Of a stretch of 64,000 nucleotides of DNA, positions 1 to 8,228 are shown one piece after another. The position numbers and the translations under genes were made by a program. This DNA comes from an uncultured virus (IMG/VR IMGVR_UViG_3300005683_000014) (lineage: Duplodnaviria; Heunggongvirae; Uroviricota; Caudoviricetes): IMG/VR virus record IMGVR_UViG_3300005683_000014; one strand, 5' to 3'. Each line of letters starts with the position of its first letter. The first letter of the stretch is position 1. Under the pieces are notes generated by a model. The model had not been told where the DNA came from. It worked only from the letters and a program-made list of their open reading frames with translations, and did not search any database.

Positions 1-1
1 T

Positions 2-178
2 TCGGCGGACGACGTGACCTACAACGACGTGGGCCTCGCGTTCACGCAGGCGACCGGTGTCACGAGCGAGCGGAAGTCGCTGGACTTTCCGCTGCGGAAG
101 TATGTTCGAGCTGTGGCGACCATCGGTGGTACCACGCCCTCTTTCACCTACTCGGTGAAGGCGCGCGTCGAAGAGTAA
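2..178 (+). CDS. Partial CDS (5' truncated), small beta-rich virion/cement-like protein
   Basis: Open frame SADDVTYNDVGLAFTQATG...RKYVRAVATIGGTTPSFTYSV ending TAA at 178. Confidence 0.5.
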   Translation, partial: SADDVTYNDVGLAFTQATGVTSERKSLDFPLRKYVRAVATIGGTTPSFTYSVKARVEE

Positions 179-185
179 GAAGTGC

Positions 186-213
186 TTGACTCCCTGAACA
201 AAGGGAGTATGGT
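186..213 (+). promoter_or_regulatory. Sigma70-like promoter upstream of the tRNA pair
   Basis: TTGACT-N16-TATGGT. Confidence 0.55.
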
Positions 214-295
214 ACACAAAGAACTGACCGAGACCGCTGGGCGGCTGCAATGTTCTGATGAGAGGTCGGGAGGGTTCGCTCTCCCGACCGTACAC

Positions 296-369
296 TGCGG
301 GATAGCGCAGACAGGTAGAGCGCCGGACTCATAATCCGGAGGTCACGGGTTCAAATCCCGTTCCCGCTA
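296..369 (+). tRNA. tRNA-Met(CAT), possibly initiator type (1:72 mismatch)
   Basis: Cloverleaf TGCGGGA/TCCCGCT, D stem GCGC, anticodon arm CCGGA-CTCATAA-TCCGG, T arm ACGGG-TTCAAAT-CCCGT; no encoded CCA. Confidence 0.9.
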
Positions 370-372
370 TGT

Positions 373-459
373 GTAGGGTTACTCAAGAGGCTGACGAGAC
401 CAGACTGTAAATCTGGCGGCTTACAACCCACGGTGGTTCGAATCCATCACCCTACACCA
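373..459 (+). tRNA. tRNA-Tyr(GTA)
   Basis: GTAGGGT/ACCCTAC acceptor, CCAGA-CTGTAAA-TCTGG anticodon arm, long variable arm, GGTTCGAATCC, encoded CCA. Confidence 0.93.
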
Positions 460-573
460 GTTCAAACAATTTCATCGCGTGTAGCCCGAGCGCGTTGAAG
501 GCTCCTTGTTCCTTCTGTGGAACCTCCTGGTGGTTGCGATATCGGGCACTCCTTCCCTCTCCCCTGGGCAGGC

Positions 574-936
574 ATGAAACTCAAGGCAGTTGATTTCGCG
601 ACCGTGAACGCTCTCCCCGAGCCGTTGCGCACGTCTGCGCCTTCGCTCATGAAGGACTGGAACACCGACGAGCGCCACGGCCAGTGTGTCGAGGCGTGTA
701 ACGACTTTCTGAATCTGCTGGACACGTATGGGCTCAAGGGCGATATCCAGTCGTGGAACGCGCCCGGGTTCAATCCGAAAGAACAGGGCTTGCTTCCCGA
801 GAAAACGTTCCCATGGTCCTGGGAAGGCTGGTACTACCACGCCGTGGTCGAGGTGCAAGGTTTGCTCATCGACTGGACCGCCAAGCAGTTCGACCCTAAT
901 GCACCGTTCCCCACGGTGTGGAGAATCGAAAAATGA
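574..936 (+). CDS. Papain/transglutaminase-like Cys-His-Asp protein
   Basis: Motifs GQCVEAC, YHAVVEV, IDWTAKQF in triad order. Confidence 0.5.
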   Translation: MKLKAVDFATVNALPEPLRTSAPSLMKDWNTDERHGQCVEACNDFLNLLDTYGLKGDIQSWNAPGFNPKEQGLLPEKTFPWSWEGWYYHAVVEVQGLLIDWTAKQFDPNAPFPTVWRIEK

Positions 937-1454
937 CCAAGACCCTCGAACTAAATCTCCAAGTCGTCAAGGCCGAAGTCGGCAAGCGCGATGACGCCAT
1001 CGTGCGCGAGGCGCTGAAGCAGACCCTCGCCTCCGACACGTCCTCCCCCACCGCCAAGCTCAGCGCCCTCAAGCTGTCGAGGGCTGAGGCAGAGGGGAGG
1101 ATTGCTCAGGCCGAGGCCGAAGCTCAGCGCATCCTTGCCGCTGTGGCCTTCGAGCGCCGTTACCTGGACATGACCGATGAGGTGGGCCTGGATTTGCTCA
1201 AGGCCGCCCGCTTCCCCGAGGAGGGAAGTTACAAGGACCCGTCCGGCGTCAGCCTCAAGGTCACGCCCACGGCCTCCTGCGTCGCCACCATGAAGCTGGA
1301 GGACGCCGTCGCCGGCCTGCCTCGCGAGTACGTGCGCGTCGTGCCTGAGCGCCACGAGGCCGACCTGAATCGCATCAAGGCAGCCATCAACCAGGGCGAG
1401 AACGTGCCCGGGTTCACGGTCGTCAAGGGTGTGTCGGAGAAGGTGAAATGGTGA
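933..1454 (+). CDS. Siphovirus Gp157-like protein
   Basis: Coiled coil plus C-terminal DLNRIKAAINQGENVPG motif. Confidence 0.55.
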   Translation: MTKTLELNLQVVKAEVGKRDDAIVREALKQTLASDTSSPTAKLSALKLSRAEAEGRIAQAEAEAQRILAAVAFERRYLDMTDEVGLDLLKAARFPEEGSYKDPSGVSLKVTPTASCVATMKLEDAVAGLPREYVRVVPERHEADLNRIKAAINQGENVPGFTVVKGVSEKVKW

Positions 1455-1759
1455 CGAAATCGTTGGAGGAAATATTCAAGGAGGTGGGCTTGTCCGATGA
1501 ACCGGATGAGCCTATCATGCCCTCCGAGCCACCGGCTCCGTATGAGCCGTATAAGCTGCCAGCGAAGACTCCTGAGCAACTCGCATACGCGGCTCGTGTC
1601 ACCTCCTTCCTCAAGGACTTGACGGAGCTGTCCCTCAAACACAAGCTCGCCATCGGTGGCTGTGGCTGCTGCGGTTCCCCCTTCATCTACGAGTGCCTCA
1701 AGGGCGTTTACGAGGAGGGTCATGGCAAAGACGTCGACTGGCAGGAGGACGTACCGTGA
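1448..1759 (+). CDS. Hypothetical protein (GGCGCCGSPF motif)
   Basis: ORF overlapping neighbours in operon fashion. Confidence 0.6.
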   Translation: MVTKSLEEIFKEVGLSDEPDEPIMPSEPPAPYEPYKLPAKTPEQLAYAARVTSFLKDLTELSLKHKLAIGGCGCCGSPFIYECLKGVYEEGHGKDVDWQEDVP

Positions 1760-1926
1760 ATCGGGAGGCTTACGCGAAATTGATGGAGGCTGAGTTGGCC
1801 TATCTTCAAGCCAATGGCTGGCTGGTTCAACCCCAAGATGAAATCCCACCCGGTTCGCGGTGGCCATGCCGTGAACTGTCAGAAACAGAACGACCGTATC
1901 GAGAGCATGCACGGAGGCTTTTATGA
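1756..1926 (+). CDS. Small hypothetical protein
   Basis: AGGAGG RBS, GTGA overlap. Confidence 0.45.
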   Translation: MNREAYAKLMEAELAYLQANGWLVQPQDEIPPGSRWPCRELSETERPYREHARRLL

Positions 1927-2438
1927 TGAAAAGCAAGAGCGAGGTGTTCGCCGAGTCGATGAACAAGGGCTCGATGCAGGCGACGGCTGTGATTCTGGAC
2001 GCGCGTCATCCTCGGGTGACGGTGCCGGGCCAGTACAAGGATAACCCCACGCTGAAACTCAATTTCGCGTGGGGCTTCGCGCAGTTCTCGTGCTTCTGGG
2101 ATGAGGACGGCATCGCGGCCTCCCTCACGTTCGGGGGAATTCCTTTCCCCTGCTACATCCCTTGGGAAGCGGTGTACGCCATCGCCCCCGTGGGAGTCGA
2201 CGGAATCATCCGCTGGGAAGGCTCCCAGCCCGGGGACGTGTCCCTGGTCACCCCTCAGCCCGAGCCTCAACCGGCTGTACGAGGACACAAGCACCTTCGC
2301 GCCCTCCCTCCGGCAATCGAAGAGAGGGAGGGGAGTTGGGGCTTGCCCGAGGGCAAGAAGCCCACTACCGTGGAGGAGGCGGTCAAGCAAGTGACTCGAC
2401 CCGGCCTCCGACTGGTTCGCCCTGAAGACCTGAACTGA
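1923..2438 (+). CDS. sspB: SspB-family ClpXP adaptor (stringent starvation protein B-like)
   Basis: LDARHPRVTVP...LKLNF...ASLTFGGIPFPCYIPWEAVYAI core; C-terminal RPGLRLVR resembles the ClpX-binding tail RPALRVVK. Confidence 0.8.
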   Translation: MMKSKSEVFAESMNKGSMQATAVILDARHPRVTVPGQYKDNPTLKLNFAWGFAQFSCFWDEDGIAASLTFGGIPFPCYIPWEAVYAIAPVGVDGIIRWEGSQPGDVSLVTPQPEPQPAVRGHKHLRALPPAIEEREGSWGLPEGKKPTTVEEAVKQVTRPGLRLVRPEDLN

Positions 2439-2466
2439 CCTCAAGAAAACGAAACAAAAAATCCAC

Positions 2467-2494
2467 TTGACGAGTCCGAAGGCGGACCTAAGGT
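2467..2494 (+). promoter_or_regulatory. Sigma70-like promoter
   Basis: TTGACG-N16-TAAGGT after an A-rich UP-like tract. Confidence 0.55.
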
Positions 2495-2538
2495 GGATGA
2501 GAACCTGGATGGGAAGCAAATTCCCGGGAGAAAGGAAA

Positions 2539-2730
2539 ATGGCGAAGAAGGAAGAGAAGAGTGTGACCCCGGAAGGTACCGTGATCGCGCGTTGCACGTG
2601 CAAGCACGCGGGGCAGGACGAGTTGCACGGCCCTGGCATGAGGGTCAAGAACATCGGCAGGAGTGGACCGCGGTGCACCGTGTGTGAGCCCGGTCCGCAG
2701 ACCCGCAAGGCGCGCAAGGGAGCGAAGTAA
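2539..2730 (+). CDS. Small Zn-finger-like protein
   Basis: CTCKH...RCTVC; AAGGA RBS. Confidence 0.6.
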   Translation: MAKKEEKSVTPEGTVIARCTCKHAGQDELHGPGMRVKNIGRSGPRCTVCEPGPQTRKARKGAK

Positions 2731-2731
2731 C

Positions 2732-3022
2732 ATGAGCACTGTCAACAAGCCCATTAACCGTGCTGCGGAACGTCGAGTCGAGGCCGAGGAGCGCAACAAG
2801 AAGTGGGCCGCGCTCACGACACAGCAGAAACTCGATGCCCTGGACGCGCGCCTCGGGCGTGGTCAGGGTGCCCGGTACCAGCGCGAGAAGCTGGCGAACC
2901 AGTTGAAGACCGAGAAGGAGCTGGCCGCCGTCAAGCTCGCGGAGGCGAGCAAGGTCGAGGAGGCCCGCAAGAACAAGGCCGAGAAGAACAAGAAGCATCA
3001 GGCCCGCAAACAGGCGGTCTGA
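2732..3022 (+). CDS. Basic helical hypothetical protein
   Basis: Strong GC3 codon bias. Confidence 0.65.
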   Translation: MSTVNKPINRAAERRVEAEERNKKWAALTTQQKLDALDARLGRGQGARYQREKLANQLKTEKELAAVKLAEASKVEEARKNKAEKNKKHQARKQAV

Positions 3023-3027
3023 CCTAT

Positions 3028-3180
3028 GGAGGTGGGCTACTCGGTGTCCTTAAAGCCGTGAGCCTAGAGCGGCACCTCCTACCCCTGAAGGTCTGTGCTA
3101 CAGAGGCCCCTAAAGTCTTTCGCTCTGCGCCCTGAGGCAAGAGCGAGGATAACGGAAAGCCACAAAGTGTGGTCTGTAGC
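3028..3180 (+). ncRNA. Candidate structured RNA(s); second element has GEMM-like junction motifs
   Basis: GGAGGTG/CACCTCC-closed element; GCTACAG/CTGTAGC-closed three-way junction with CTAAA...ACGGAAAGCC. Confidence 0.4.
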
Positions 3181-3224
3181 TTCGAACGAGAAACAGATTC
3201 GCTAGACGCACTAGGAGAAGTTCC

Positions 3225-3647
3225 ATGTCGCAAGTCGCAGTTGTTGGCAAAGTCGAAGTTCAACTCAGCAAGCCCACCCCCAAGGCTGAGGACCCGGCCA
3301 AGGCGTGGTACCCGATGGGCACCATCCTCCCCTACTCCTTCGAGGAGGTCTTCGAGGGGCTTCGGGAGCTGGTCCCGGCGAAGTTCGGGTCTGAGATGGC
3401 CCTCGTGGAGAAGCACGGGCCGGGCACGCGTCGGATGCGCCACTTCCGTTCGTATACGCTCCTGGTGGAGCAGCCGACCGCAGGACAGTTCCGCGGAGAG
3501 GGAAAGAAGGCCGACGACAAGCGCCCGGGGCGTGATGGGCGCGTGACGCTCACGTTCACGAACGGCCCCGAGGGTGCGCGCCGAAAACGGGAGTTCTCGC
3601 TCCGTCTCCCGCGGCGCTACGCAGAAGGAGGGGACCTGGACGTCTGA
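3225..3647 (+). CDS. Hypothetical protein
   Basis: AGGAG RBS, codon bias. Confidence 0.7.
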   Translation: MSQVAVVGKVEVQLSKPTPKAEDPAKAWYPMGTILPYSFEEVFEGLRELVPAKFGSEMALVEKHGPGTRRMRHFRSYTLLVEQPTAGQFRGEGKKADDKRPGRDGRVTLTFTNGPEGARRKREFSLRLPRRYAEGGDLDV

Positions 3648-3768
3648 GGCTTGTGCAGACGGTATTTATCAAACTCCGCGACTCATAATCGCGGACACAC
3701 GAGAGGGCATGCTGGCCTAATCGTGGCCAGGGTGGCGGCCGGCATGCCAAAGCCCTTGGTTCCCTTGT

Positions 3769-3854
3769 GCCCCTGTGAGCGTAAGAGAGGGTGCGTTAAT
3801 CCCGCGCGCTACTAGCCTGGGCTAGAGGTGTCGGTTCATATCCGACCAGGGGCC
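3769..3854 (+). ncRNA. tRNA-like element lacking a canonical anticodon loop
   Basis: GCCCCTG/CAGGGGC acceptor, AGCG/CGCT D stem with enlarged loop, CTAGC-CTGG-GCTAG arm, GTCGG-TTCATAT-CCGAC T arm. Confidence 0.6.
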
Positions 3855-3906
3855 GCCCAAACACTTTCACACTTGCCTAACCCAAATCGGTGGCGAAGGT
3901 CTGTTC

Positions 3907-5787
3907 ATGTACCCGAACCGATACCCCGGCAACTGCAACAAATGTGAAGTCCGCGTTCAGCCGAACGCGGGCTTCATCGAGAAGGTCAACGACCGCTGGA
4001 TTACGTGGTGTGCGGCTCACAAGCCCACCCAGAATCCCTTGGTCAAGCTCTTCATCCAGGACAAGCCGCCGGCCTACTGGCCCGCGGGCATGACGTTCGC
4101 GCCCCGTATCGCGTTCGAAATCAAGAACCTCAACAAGGACCAGTTCGACGAATACTACGCGGCCACGAAGGGCACCACGTACGAGAACATCGCTGGCAAC
4201 AAGCTGTCGTACATCCCCGTGACCAAGCCGGCTATCCTGGCGGCCGTGGTCAAGGCGCTGCTCGACTCTCCTCCTCTGGCCCCCTACATGAGCCCGGACG
4301 AGGGCGTGAAGCAGCTCCTGTTGGCGTACGAGAACGAGGCGCGGGAGCGTGTCGCGGCCGTTGCCGAGCGCGCCGACTCGGGACTGAAACTGTTTCCGTT
4401 CCAGGAGGTGGGGGCGGCGTGGCTCGCAGCACGGGACGCCGGCATCCTGGCTGACGACATGGGCCTCGGCAAGACCATCGAGGTGCTCGCGGCCCACCCG
4501 GATAACTCGCCGTTGCTCATCGTGGGCCCGGCGGTTGCCAAGGGCGTGTGGCGTCGTGAGATTCGTCGCTGGCGCAAGGATGTGGAACGTACCCAGGTCA
4601 TGGAAGGGCGCGGCTCGTTCATGTGGCCGGACAACGGCGAGGCCATCATCACAAACTATGACATCCTGCCGGGAGTCGACCACCCCCAGCTCGACCTCGT
4701 GCCCGCCGGCTGTACCCTGGTCCTCGACGAGGGACACAACGCCAAGAACGAGAAAACCGCCCGCTTCCAGAAGCTGGAGTTGCTCGTCCAGCGCGTGAAG
4801 GCGGCCGGTGGTCGAGTGTACTTGCTCACCGCCACCCCTCTCCTCAATCATCCCCGTGAACTGTGGACGCTGTTGAAACTGTTGGACCTGCACACGGAGG
4901 CGTACGGGACCTGGGGCCGGTTCCAGCGCGCGTTCAACTACGGGGCAGGGGAGCCGGGTCCCGAGGCGGCCGCGGGTCTTGCGCGCGTGTGTCTGCGCCG
5001 AACCAAGGCTGAGGTGCGCAAGGATATCCCGCCCAAGATGTACGACGAACGCATCGTCGGAATCAAGCTCACCGCGACCGAGAACGAGGAGGTCCGCGCC
5101 GCCGAGGAGGTGTTGCTGCGCGAGGGCCCGATGGTCGACTTCAACAAGATTTCGAAGGCGCGCGCCGTGCTCGCGAAGGCCAAGATTCCGGCCCTTAACG
5201 AACTGGTGGATACCTTCGAGGAAGCCAACGAGCCCTTGGTCGTGTTCTCCTGCCACCGCGCCCCCATCGACCAGTTGGGCCAGCGTGAGGGCTGGGCACT
5301 CATCACCGGGGACACGCCGCCTGAGAAGCGTACGGCCATCGAGGACGCTTTCCAGCGAGGCGAGCTGAGGGGAATCGGGGCCACCGTGCGAGCTGGCGGC
5401 GTCGCCATCACCCTGACGCGGGCCGCGAACGTGGTCTTCGTTGACCGTGACTGGACCCCGGCGCTCAACGCCCAGGCCGAGGACCGCCTCTGCCGCATCG
5501 GCCAGACCCGGACGGTCAACGTGATTCGTCTCATCGCCGAAGATTCGCTTGACCAGCGAGTCGAGGAGATTATCTCTGAGAAGACGGTCATCATCGAGGG
5601 CTCGGTGGAGAAGATTTCGAATCCTCTGCACGGCCTCGAAGGTGTGCTGGGCTTCGGGACGGCCTCGCGGCTGTCCCAGGTGAGTGAGAAGAAACAGATT
5701 CAGCCCTCCTTACCCCCGGCTAAACCGGCTCAGGAGAAGGGCTTCGTGGAAGGGGTCGATGTCCTGAGCATCGAGTGTCCCTTTTGA
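3907..5787 (+). CDS. SNF2-family (SF2) helicase/translocase
   Basis: LFPFQ, LADDMGLGKT, LDEGH, LTATP, QAEDRLCRIGQ. Confidence 0.93.
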   Translation: MYPNRYPGNCNKCEVRVQPNAGFIEKVNDRWITWCAAHKPTQNPLVKLFIQDKPPAYWPAGMTFAPRIAFEIKNLNKDQFDEYYAATKGTTYENIAGNKLSYIPVTKPAILAAVVKALLDSPPLAPYMSPDEGVKQLLLAYENEARERVAAVAERADSGLKLFPFQEVGAAWLAARDAGILADDMGLGKTIEVLAAHPDNSPLLIVGPAVAKGVWRREIRRWRKDVERTQVMEGRGSFMWPDNGEAIITNYDILPGVDHPQLDLVPAGCTLVLDEGHNAKNEKTARFQKLELLVQRVKAAGGRVYLLTATPLLNHPRELWTLLKLLDLHTEAYGTWGRFQRAFNYGAGEPGPEAAAGLARVCLRRTKAEVRKDIPPKMYDERIVGIKLTATENEEVRAAEEVLLREGPMVDFNKISKARAVLAKAKIPALNELVDTFEEANEPLVVFSCHRAPIDQLGQREGWALITGDTPPEKRTAIEDAFQRGELRGIGATVRAGGVAITLTRAANVVFVDRDWTPALNAQAEDRLCRIGQTRTVNVIRLIAEDSLDQRVEEIISEKTVIIEGSVEKISNPLHGLEGVLGFGTASRLSQVSEKKQIQPSLPPAKPAQEKGFVEGVDVLSIECPF

Positions 5788-5799
5788 AACAGGTAGTGC

Positions 5800-6064
5800 T
5801 CTGGGCAGTGGAAGGACCGCAACCTTCCTGACCTGGGACCTATCGCCTACAACATCAGGCTTACCATGCCGCTATCGATATTCGATCAAACCCAGCCCGC
5901 GACCGTGGCATAGTAACGGCGAGTGACTCGGGCCTTCGAGAGTGGACTTAGGGGGTAACCAAGCGGCCCAGCTCTACAACAAAATCGAGGAACGTCAGCC
6001 CAGATCAACAAGCTGACCCTGAGAACTAAGCTCGCGAGGGCGTTCATATCGGGTGCCCTCGCGA
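5800..6064 (+). ncRNA. Candidate multibranch structured RNA followed by a hairpin
   Basis: Non-coding interval with nested stems TCTGGGC/GCCCAGA, GGAAGG/CCTTCC, TTACCATGCCGC/GTGGCATAGTAA; TCGCGAGGGC/GCCCTCGCGA. Confidence 0.4.
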
Positions 6065-6166
6065 AGCCAAATTCGTGACACCTCTCCCGGATTGTGTACA
6101 GTGTCTTGCCGGCGCCTGCGTGCGCATGTCCGTTCCCGGGCGCCGGCTTTGTGAAAGGAGTTGAAC

Positions 6167-6496
6167 ATGCGTCTGTTGCTTCCCTTCATCCTGCTCTTGG
6201 CGTGTGGTGACGCGCCTGCCCCCAGTGAGCCTCGCGAGGACTTCGAGGTCGCTGTGTACGAGCAATCGCTGTCCTACGACGTGGCCCAGTACATCCCCGC
6301 GGGCATCTACGTGTCCTACGACCAGATCCGGACCTTCGTGGGCCGGCGCGGGATGTCGGCTGACCTCGATGCCATCCTCGTGCGCTTGACTGAACTGGGG
6401 CTCCAGAAGCTCCTGCCGGCCACGAACGAGGTGCTCTACCGCTGGGCAAACAGCAAGGCCAAGACCGTGGCCCTCATGCAGCTCACGGGGGAGTAA
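6167..6496 (+). CDS. Lipoprotein
   Basis: MRLLLPFILLLAC signal peptide with lipobox; AAGGAG RBS. Confidence 0.7.
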   Translation: MRLLLPFILLLACGDAPAPSEPREDFEVAVYEQSLSYDVAQYIPAGIYVSYDQIRTFVGRRGMSADLDAILVRLTELGLQKLLPATNEVLYRWANSKAKTVALMQLTGE

Positions 6497-6498
6497 AC

Positions 6499-6681
6499 GT
6501 GGAAATCTACATCGATGGTGTGGGCATAATCAAGGTGCCCTATCGACAGCGCCTCGAAATCGCCTTGTCCTTCATCGAGGAATTCGAGGATGTGATCGAG
6601 TTATTCACTCAAGTGGGCCCTGAGTACGTGGGTCAGACCCTCAAGGGATTACGCAAGCTCTCACAGGAGAAAGACAGATGA
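6499..6681 (+). CDS. Hypothetical protein
   Basis: GGAG RBS, operon position. Confidence 0.55.
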   Translation: MEIYIDGVGIIKVPYRQRLEIALSFIEEFEDVIELFTQVGPEYVGQTLKGLRKLSQEKDR

Positions 6682-6980
6682 TCTCGGCAATGAGAGACTT
6701 CGTGTACTCCTACGTGAAGGAGCTTCAGGTGCGCGCCGCGTTCAATGCCGTGGAGGAACTGGCGTCGGCCATAGTCTCGATTTCGAACATTCCATACTGC
6801 GTGTGGAAGATGCGGCGCGTGCAGCAATGGCTGCGCATCGCCAAGGACATGGCGGGGATGGAGGAAATCAATTCGGCCCTATACGAGCTGAACTATGTCA
6901 TCGGTCCCTACCTGCCCGCGGTCTTGGCGGATTCCCGGATTCTCAAACACTTGAATCCTCTGATGAGAATAGAGGGTTGA
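6678..6980 (+). CDS. Hypothetical protein
   Basis: ATGA overlap, AGGAG RBS. Confidence 0.6.
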   Translation: MISAMRDFVYSYVKELQVRAAFNAVEELASAIVSISNIPYCVWKMRRVQQWLRIAKDMAGMEEINSALYELNYVIGPYLPAVLADSRILKHLNPLMRIEG

Positions 6981-7004
6981 CTTCTTCTCCCTGGCGTATA
7001 TGGT
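6977..7004 (+). promoter_or_regulatory. Sigma70-like promoter, probably giving a leaderless transcript
   Basis: TTGACT-N16-TATGGT, ATG starts 7 nt after the -10 box. Confidence 0.55.
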
Positions 7005-7010
7005 GTGTCC

Positions 7011-7412
7011 ATGGAAGTTGTACTCCCCAACGACAGTGTCATGAAGTTCATGCTCGGCGAAAACAGCCTGTTCACGATGGTGGGCAAGGAGTCGCGCTTC
7101 ACCTACCGGGTGACGCAAGACCCCAAGAACGCCAACGTGCTCAAGCTCGGGGTGCTTAGTGGGCCCAACAACACGCAGGACTACCGGCGTGTCGGGTCCA
7201 TCTTGAAGGACACCCAGGAGGTCCGCTCCTACACGCCCGACGTACCCAGCGTGAAAGCATTTCGCTGGGTCTTCGAGCGCGCCAAGCGAGCCATGAACAT
7301 CAACCCGGTGCAGGTACTGCACCACGGTCGATGCTGCCGCTGCGGACGTGTACTGACCACCCCCGAGAGCATCCGGTCCGGCATCGGCCCGATATGCGCC
7401 GAAGGGCCCTAA
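7011..7412 (+). CDS. DUF6011-type Zn-finger domain protein
   Basis: RCCRCGRVLTTPESIRSGIGPICA. Confidence 0.75.
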   Translation: MEVVLPNDSVMKFMLGENSLFTMVGKESRFTYRVTQDPKNANVLKLGVLSGPNNTQDYRRVGSILKDTQEVRSYTPDVPSVKAFRWVFERAKRAMNINPVQVLHHGRCCRCGRVLTTPESIRSGIGPICAEGP

Positions 7413-7466
7413 CCACAAGCTCAAGGCCCTCACCAAAGGTTGAGCATGCAATTCACGAGGTACACA

Positions 7467-7991
7467 ATGCAAGCACGTACTGTCCCCGCGTCGGAGGTCA
7501 AGGACAACCTTGCCCTCGACATCAAGTCCTACTTCAATCAGGCAGAGGGGGAGAACCCCTCTACCTTGGGAAGCATGCTCGCGAAGCCCAAGGCGGTCCT
7601 GATTCCCCCTCTGTCCACGCAGGACAAGACCCTGCGCGGGCTCTACGACTACGTGGTGCGGAACAGGACCGACGCCGCGTTCATCCGCAAGCTTGCCAAG
7701 AGCATCGACGCGTTCGCGGCCGAGCGCGCCATCGACGCGGAAATCGAACAGCTCACGGCGTCCAGCAAGGACGTGGTGCTGACCTGTCACTCAAACATCA
7801 ACAAGATCCAGTGCATCAAGTACATCCGTGAGTACACCGGCCTGGGTCTGCGAGAGGCCAAGGACATTGCCGACGCCGCGCACGCGTACGGTAAGACGAC
7901 CATCGGCGGGACTTGGGACGCTGAGGATTTCCAGCGCTTCCAGCAAGGCCTCGTCAACTCGGGCTGCGGCTACACCGCGAGTCGACCGTGA
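7467..7991 (+). CDS. Protein with ribosomal protein bL12 (L7/L12) C-terminal domain
   Basis: NKIQCIKYIREYTGLGLREAKDIAD versus bL12 consensus KIxVIKxVRxxTGLGLKEAKxLV. Confidence 0.75.
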   Translation: MQARTVPASEVKDNLALDIKSYFNQAEGENPSTLGSMLAKPKAVLIPPLSTQDKTLRGLYDYVVRNRTDAAFIRKLAKSIDAFAAERAIDAEIEQLTASSKDVVLTCHSNINKIQCIKYIREYTGLGLREAKDIADAAHAYGKTTIGGTWDAEDFQRFQQGLVNSGCGYTASRP

Positions 7992-8228
7992 CCTGGGACG
8001 AGTACGCTGACTCCTTGATTGACCAACTCTCCCGGCTAAAGGGGACTGAAAGAGCGGTATTCAAGGCGTTGACTTTCTTCGCACGCTACTCACGCGGAAG
8101 AGGCCTAGGTGTGCCAGCAATGGACGAATTAAAAATCTTGCTTACCGGCGCCGGCTTCGGTAAGACCGAGTTGCACAGACAGCAGGAAAGTTTCCTGCAC
8201 AACAGCACCCCGAACCATTCAGGAGGCA

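Noticed and set aside
255..295. Hammerhead ribozyme (CTGATGAG plus hairpin)
   Set aside because: The required GAAA after stem II is absent (GTAC instead); only a UUCG hairpin is supported.
3877..5631. Long minus-strand ORFs (also 19768-21480, 32823-34421, 35877-37763 and others)
   Set aside because: Antisense shadows of GC3-biased plus-strand genes with recognisable motifs.
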